NCBI GenBank assembly: GCA_964426025.1
Contig: CAYRQB010000001.1
Coordinates: 1,151-65,150, forward strand
Source of the DNA: an uncultured Heliomicrobium sp.
GTDB lineage: Bacteria; Acidobacteriota; Blastocatellia; RBC074
DNA length: 64,000 nucleotides
Direction of reading: 5' to 3'
The notes below the pieces were generated by a model. The model had not been told where the DNA came from, made no database searches, and saw nothing but the letters and a program-made list of their open reading frames with translations. Every line of letters begins with the position of its first letter. The first letter of the stretch is position 1. A program made the position numbers and the translations under genes. Of the stretch, positions 59,091-64,000 are shown in pieces.

Positions 59091-60473
59091 ATGTTACTGA
59101 GAAGTCGCTCAAGGACTATAAGTCTGTTGATCTTTGAAGGTGTGTTGATATACCTGTGTGGTGTGGCGGCAATCTATCTCAGGTTGGCTGCGGAAGCAGA
59201 GGAGGTACTTTTCAGTAAGCAGGGCTGGCTGAAAATTCTGCTTATATCGGCGATTGTTCAAGGGTTGTTTTACCTGTTCGACCTTTATGATTTTCAGATG
59301 ATTCGCCAACGCACGCTGCTTTACATAAGGATATTGCAGGCTCTTGGGTTAAGTGCGATTACGCTGGCGCTGATTTTTTACCTGGTGCCGCAGGTGATGA
59401 TAGGCCGTGGCGTTTTTTCCGTAAGCTTGTTGCTTATGTTATCCGTCATGTCAGGGTGGCGAACTTTGGCAATGTGGTTATTGGGGCATCCTGGTCTGAC
59501 TGAGCGGGTATTGATTCTTGGCACCGGTGAAAATGCCGTGGAGTTGGCGAAAGAAGTACTTGACCACAGGGAAAAAGGTTATTCGGTTGTTGGTTTTGTT
59601 GGCGACGATCCGCAATTGGTCGGGCAGAGCTTAATCAATCCCTGCGTGATTGGTGTTACTACCGACCTTGAAGAGTTAGCCAGACGTTACCATGCCGACA
59701 GGATTGTAGTAGCTTTCGACGATCGTCGAGGCCAATTGCCGGTTGACACGTTATTGAAACTGAGGCTTGGAACGGAGGTCTTGGTTGAAGATTCGGCTAC
59801 GTTTTATGAAAAGCTGACCAGGAAGATCAATATTGGAACATTACGCCCAAGCGGTTTGATCTTTTCAACCAATTCGTGGTGGATGCCTTTTTATAAGAGG
59901 CCTCGCAAGGTAGCCGATTTTGTTTTGGCTTTGATCGGTTTGTTACTGGCTTCGCCGATAATGCTGATAACCGCAATTGCCATCAAACTGGATTCGGTCG
60001 GCCCCGTTTTTTACGTGCAGGAACGGGTTGGATTGCATAACCGAATATTCAGAATCATCAAGTTTCGGTCAATGTTCATCAACGCCGAAGAAGGCGGGCC
60101 TGCCTGGGCCGGAGAAGCAGACCCGCGTATCAGCAGAGTTGGACGCATTATCCGCAAACTGCGGATTGACGAGTTGCCGCAATTTATCAATGTGCTGCGC
60201 GGAGAAATGAGCCTGATCGGGCCGCGTCCCGAACGCGCAGTTTTCGTCGAATTGTTTGAACGCGATATTCCGTACTACTCGCAACGGCATTTAGTTAAAC
60301 CCGGTCTTACAGGTTGGGCGCAGGTTCGTTACCCATACGGAGCGTCTTTCGAAGATGCCGTTGAGAAACTGCAGTACGACCTTTATTACATCAAAAATCA
60401 GTCGCCTTTGCTGGATGCAATCATCCTGTTTGAAACCGCCAGAATTGTTTTCTTCGGCAGGTTTGCCCGCTGA
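59091..60473 (+). CDS. Polyprenyl-phosphate glycosyl-1-phosphate transferase (WbaP/EpsL/ExoY-type priming transferase)
   Basis: IIKFRSMFINAEEGGPAW and DELPQFINVLRGEMSLIGPRPER are classic bacterial sugar-transferase motifs. About five N-terminal TM segments are present. Confidence 0.9.
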   Translation: MLLRSRSRTISLLIFEGVLIYLCGVAAIYLRLAAEAEEVLFSKQGWLKILLISAIVQGLFYLFDLYDFQMIRQRTLLYIRILQALGLSAITLALIFYLVPQVMIGRGVFSVSLLLMLSVMSGWRTLAMWLLGHPGLTERVLILGTGENAVELAKEVLDHREKGYSVVGFVGDDPQLVGQSLINPCVIGVTTDLEELARRYHADRIVVAFDDRRGQLPVDTLLKLRLGTEVLVEDSATFYEKLTRKINIGTLRPSGLIFSTNSWWMPFYKRPRKVADFVLALIGLLLASPIMLITAIAIKLDSVGPVFYVQERVGLHNRIFRIIKFRSMFINAEEGGPAWAGEADPRISRVGRIIRKLRIDELPQFINVLRGEMSLIGPRPERAVFVELFERDIPYYSQRHLVKPGLTGWAQVRYPYGASFEDAVEKLQYDLYYIKNQSPLLDAIILFETARIVFFGRFAR

Positions 60474-60543
60474 TCGGAACATAAACGCGCGGTGATTACG
60501 AGGAATATGCAGCCGGTAAGTTGGCGACTAGCAGGTGCAAGAG

Positions 60544-61335
60544 ATGATTACAAGGAACAGCTCTAGAGCAATTTTAAGGAGTCTTTTCCTGTTGGCAGGA
60601 CTCGTTGTTTATGTCTGCTTTCCGGTGAATGTCGGTGTGGAAGCGCTGGCTCAATCTGTGGCCGCAAATACGGAAACCGAAAAGCCGCAACCGGCAAAAG
60701 GCGGATCGAACGTCGAATCCGGCGAAGCGATGTTTCAATCAATTTACCGGAATTTTTATGACACTTACCGGTTGGGACCGGGTGACATAGTGGCGGTTCG
60801 TGTTTACGGTCAACCGGATTATGCATTGCCCCAAGCGAAGGTTTCGCCTGTCGGGCGTATCTATCATCCTTTGGTCGGAGAAGTTGAAGTTGCCGGATTC
60901 ACCGTCGGTCAGTTGGAAAAGAGATTGACGGAAGATTTCAGCGAATACGTCAGGGATCCCAAAGTAACTGTTTCGCTGGAAGAAGCTCAAAGCGCCAAAA
61001 TCGGCGTTTTGGGAGAGATCAAATCGCCCGGAATTGTTGTTATGGCCAGGCCGATGACCGTGCTTGAAGCGATCTCCGACAGAGGCGGTTTCAGCGATAC
61101 AGCCAAACGAAATCCGGTAACAGTATTGCGCCGATTAGCCGATGGACGGATGCAGACGATCAAGGTTGATGTTAAACGCATTATGGAAGGCAAAGCCGAT
61201 CCTGAAGAAAACCTGATGATGCGTGCAGGCGATACCGTGATTGTGGACAGCAACCTAAGAAAGAAAATGACTTCGGTGATGTCAGTCGCCGGGTTTGCTC
61301 AATTTTTAACGTTCATTGCCTTCGGGCGCGGATAA
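60544..61335 (+). CDS. wza: Periplasmic polysaccharide export protein (Wza/OPX family)
   Basis: YRLGPGDIVAVRVYGQPD is the Poly_export motif. A signal peptide and an SLBB-like region are present. The ATG at 60544 follows AGGTG; the track ORF starts at the GTG at 60535. Confidence 0.85.
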   Translation: MITRNSSRAILRSLFLLAGLVVYVCFPVNVGVEALAQSVAANTETEKPQPAKGGSNVESGEAMFQSIYRNFYDTYRLGPGDIVAVRVYGQPDYALPQAKVSPVGRIYHPLVGEVEVAGFTVGQLEKRLTEDFSEYVRDPKVTVSLEEAQSAKIGVLGEIKSPGIVVMARPMTVLEAISDRGGFSDTAKRNPVTVLRRLADGRMQTIKVDVKRIMEGKADPEENLMMRAGDTVIVDSNLRKKMTSVMSVAGFAQFLTFIAFGRG

Positions 61336-61625
61336 ACTTTGCCAGTGGTCTTTGTTTTTATACCATTGGCTTTAACCGAATAAGCAGGGTTTTGGTGTGG
61401 GCGCTCATGCCAAAATCTATTTATAACTCAAAAGTGTTACACACACCTGGCTCAAAAAGGTATGAGCTAAGCGAGCGCCCAACCGTAGATAGCAAATACG
61501 GTTTCTCCACCGCTGGCAGTTCAACCCGAGCTGGTACCCACAGGCTAGCTCGACAAAGGCCAGACAGAGTTAAGAAAAAAGCGGTTTTGTAGCGCCACTG
61601 GCCGCCTACCCCACGAAGGTGCCAA

Positions 61626-61961
61626 GTGAATCTGACACAACTGGTTGAACCAATAACATTCAGTGCAATAAAGCGCGTGCGAGTAAATGAGCAAACGCCA
61701 CTTGCAATGTTCGTGCGCGACCGTTTAGCTGAGTTAGGTCTGAAGCAGTCAGAATTCTGCCGGTTGAACGGTTTTGATCAAGGCCTGATGTCGAGAATAC
61801 AAAACTCGATGATAACGAATTTAAGCCTGGAGAGCGTGCTGCGTCTCTCGCTTGGCTTGCATACTTCACCCGAGAAGATATTCAGGCTGATTGACCGTAT
61901 GGATCTTCATGAACTGGTGGTGAAATCGTATTCGGCAGATCATCTGGTCAAAGAAGACTGA
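61626..61961 (+). CDS. Small HTH (XRE/Cro-like) protein, putative transcriptional regulator
   Basis: GTG start. FVRDRLAELGLKQSEFCRLNGFDQGLMSRI has a helix-turn-helix-like pattern. The call is weak. Confidence 0.4.
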   Translation: MNLTQLVEPITFSAIKRVRVNEQTPLAMFVRDRLAELGLKQSEFCRLNGFDQGLMSRIQNSMITNLSLESVLRLSLGLHTSPEKIFRLIDRMDLHELVVKSYSADHLVKED

Positions 61962-62119
61962 GCTTGGAAGCGCCGGGTAATTAGCAGTGCTCGCGCGCAA
62001 GCTAAGGTGATATTGCCGGCAAAAAACTTTCGGTGCCCGCCAATTTTCAGCTTCTGAATTTCGATTCGGAAGAAACGCGACATCAATTGTCGGAACCCAA
62101 TGTCGAGGTTTAACTGAAG

Positions 62120-62983
62120 ATGAGCGACCCTAACTTTCGAATAATACTACTAACACACGGCGCGGATGAAGAAATAATAAACGCGCTAGCTGCTATCGAG
62201 CGAGTAACTCTGGCAGGAGTTATCGTTGAAACAGAAACGACGCGCCGTTACGGTTGGCGCGAAAAATTACAGCGATCCATTCGCTATGATGGTTATTTTG
62301 GCACTTTGACAAAGTTCTGGCGAAAGCTGATCCGCATAAGCAAGTCGCAGGAAGATGGCGGAGCGGATATACAAATAGCTCAGTTGCGATTGAGCGAGTT
62401 GGCGCAAAAACATGGAGTGCCGATTCATTACGTCGCCAATTATCACTCTGAAGAAGCTATAAGTTTGATCCGCGAGGCAGGCGCCGATTTAGGGATTATT
62501 TACGGGACGAACATTCTCAAAGAATCCGTCTACAAAATCCCGCGACTCGGTTCGATCAATCTGCATCAGGGACGAGTTCCATATTATCGGGGCGGCCCGC
62601 CCGTTTTTTGGGAGCTGTTTAATGACGAAAAGGAAGTAGGAATAACCGTTCACTTCGTCGAGCCGAAAGTAGACACCGGCGAAGTAATCGTTCAGGAAAC
62701 AGTCCCGATGACTTACGACTATTCGTACGGAACCGACTATGAATCCTTCATTGCCGATTTTCGTGCGAGGCTGATGAAGCGATGTCCGATCCTGGTGGCT
62801 GAAGCGGTCAAACAGATTGCTGATGGAACCGCCAAGCCCTGGCGACAAGACACTGAGTTAGGACGCAGGTATCGTCTGCCGGTCAAAAGAGAAAAAGACG
62901 AAATGAAACGGCGTTTGAAGATGAGGCAGGTATTTTCTTCTGCTGTGGTGATTCCGCAACAAATGGAGCAAAGAGGCGATTGA
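62120..62983 (+). CDS. Formyltransferase-domain protein (Fmt/ArnA-N-like; putative sugar N-formyltransferase)
   Basis: SINLHQGRVPYYRGGPPVFWELFND fits the formyl_trans_N catalytic pattern (N..H...D). The product is 287 aa. Confidence 0.75.
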   Translation: MSDPNFRIILLTHGADEEIINALAAIERVTLAGVIVETETTRRYGWREKLQRSIRYDGYFGTLTKFWRKLIRISKSQEDGGADIQIAQLRLSELAQKHGVPIHYVANYHSEEAISLIREAGADLGIIYGTNILKESVYKIPRLGSINLHQGRVPYYRGGPPVFWELFNDEKEVGITVHFVEPKVDTGEVIVQETVPMTYDYSYGTDYESFIADFRARLMKRCPILVAEAVKQIADGTAKPWRQDTELGRRYRLPVKREKDEMKRRLKMRQVFSSAVVIPQQMEQRGD

Positions 62984-63996
62984 TGAAACAGGCTGTGCTC
63001 AATTTGATGATGGCTGGCGGTGTTTTCGCTCCTTTTCGTCTGGCGAATCGCAACAAGGTTGTCATTCTGACTTATCACCGTTTCGGCGAAGATGATTCGG
63101 GAACCAGAACTACCGGTCGTCTCTTTGCTTCTCAACTTGAATATCTTTGTAGGCATTATAACGTTGTGCCGCTTTCTTCGATTGCGGAACGAATAGCCAA
63201 TAATGAAGAGCTAATACCGTATTCGGTGGTTATTACGATAGACGATGGATACAGCGATGCGTATGAGATTGCCTATCCGTTGCTGCGTCGTTATGGCCTG
63301 CCTGCGACATTGTTCGTGGTGACGGATTTTGTTGACGGTGAAAGCTGGATTTGGACTGACAAGCTACGTTTTCTGGCCTTGTATTCCGGCACGAAGGAAG
63401 TTGAAGTTACAGTTGACGGACGCCGGTTACGGCTGGGCGGAATGGAAAGAAAAGCTCGACTTCAGGCCGCAGGCAGAATCAACGAATTGCTCAAGCTAGT
63501 GCCGAACGTAGTGAAAGAAGAAGTAATTAACCGGTTTGCCGATGGTTTTGATTTGCCGATTCCGGATTGTGCGACTGAAGAATTCGGAGCGATAAGTTGG
63601 AAACAGGCACGCGAAATGAGCGCCAACCAAATCGAGATCGGATCGCATACGGTTACGCATCCGATACTTACTCAAGTTAACGATGATCAGCTTTGCCGGG
63701 AACTGATCGAATCAAAGACGCGAATCGAAAATGTTCTGGGTAACGAAGCCAGGTTATTTTGTTACCCGAATGGTAATTTCGATTCCAGGGTTCAATCGGC
63801 GGCTGAGCGCGCCGGTTATCTTTGCGCAGTAACCACTCGGCACGGTTTTAACGACAGTAACTGTCATCCGTTGGCTTTTCGCCGAATTGACGCTGACCGC
63901 GATCTGGCGCATTTCGTACAGAGCACTAGCGGATTTGAGCAGGTGAAGAACAGGTTGAGACGAACGGGTTTCAATCCTGTAGGTGTGGAGACGTAG
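62983..63996 (+). CDS. Polysaccharide deacetylase (CE4)
   Basis: The ATG overlaps the upstream TGA, and AGAGG lies 6 nt upstream. The motifs are VVITIDDGYSDAYE and IEIGSHTVTHP. Confidence 0.85.
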   Translation: MKQAVLNLMMAGGVFAPFRLANRNKVVILTYHRFGEDDSGTRTTGRLFASQLEYLCRHYNVVPLSSIAERIANNEELIPYSVVITIDDGYSDAYEIAYPLLRRYGLPATLFVVTDFVDGESWIWTDKLRFLALYSGTKEVEVTVDGRRLRLGGMERKARLQAAGRINELLKLVPNVVKEEVINRFADGFDLPIPDCATEEFGAISWKQAREMSANQIEIGSHTVTHPILTQVNDDQLCRELIESKTRIENVLGNEARLFCYPNGNFDSRVQSAAERAGYLCAVTTRHGFNDSNCHPLAFRRIDADRDLAHFVQSTSGFEQVKNRLRRTGFNPVGVET

Positions 63997-64000
63997 CAAG

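Overview
The window looks like a chromosomal segment of an Acidobacteria-like soil bacterium. Supporting signals are two C-terminal TIGR03437-type 'soil-associated' domains on a secreted hydrolase, an array of TlpA-like lipoproteins, and a giant heme/HEAT-repeat protein. No rRNA, tRNA, CRISPR array, IS element or integrase was seen. Roughly 1-13.5 kb is a housekeeping and redox block. It holds a 3'-truncated pyruvate kinase, four tandem thioredoxin-fold lipoproteins with different active-site motifs, yacG, a nitrilase, dcd, a 1488-aa protein with two CxxCH motifs, and a formylglycine-type sulfatase. From about 13.7 kb to the window end is a very large exopolysaccharide/glycan locus, more than 48 kb, almost entirely on the + strand with many ATGA/TGATG-coupled genes. 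It contains many GT2 and GT4 genes and several GT-C-like membrane glycosyltransferases. Other contents are a UbiA-family polyprenyl-phosphate pentosyltransferase-like gene, a GtrB-like GT2, a Wzx flippase, AsnB, two polysaccharide deacetylases, a formyltransferase, a secreted GH-A hydrolase, and a CDP-hexose pathway (rfbF, rfbG, a C-methyltransferase, a B12-radical-SAM protein and an SDR). A small radical-SAM/twitch enzyme and a CofD/YvcK-like-GT2 fusion with HAD and IspD-like partners are also present. Downstream of an HK/RR regulatory island lies a lower-GC export module (PCP, a degenerate BY-kinase-like ATPase, priming phosphoglycosyltransferase, Wza). Non-coding features of note are a 9-bp-periodic ACGGAA repeat array, GCGGACA..TGTCCGC hairpins bracketing the radical-SAM gene, three long intergenic palindromes and a 1.3-kb AT-rich leader.
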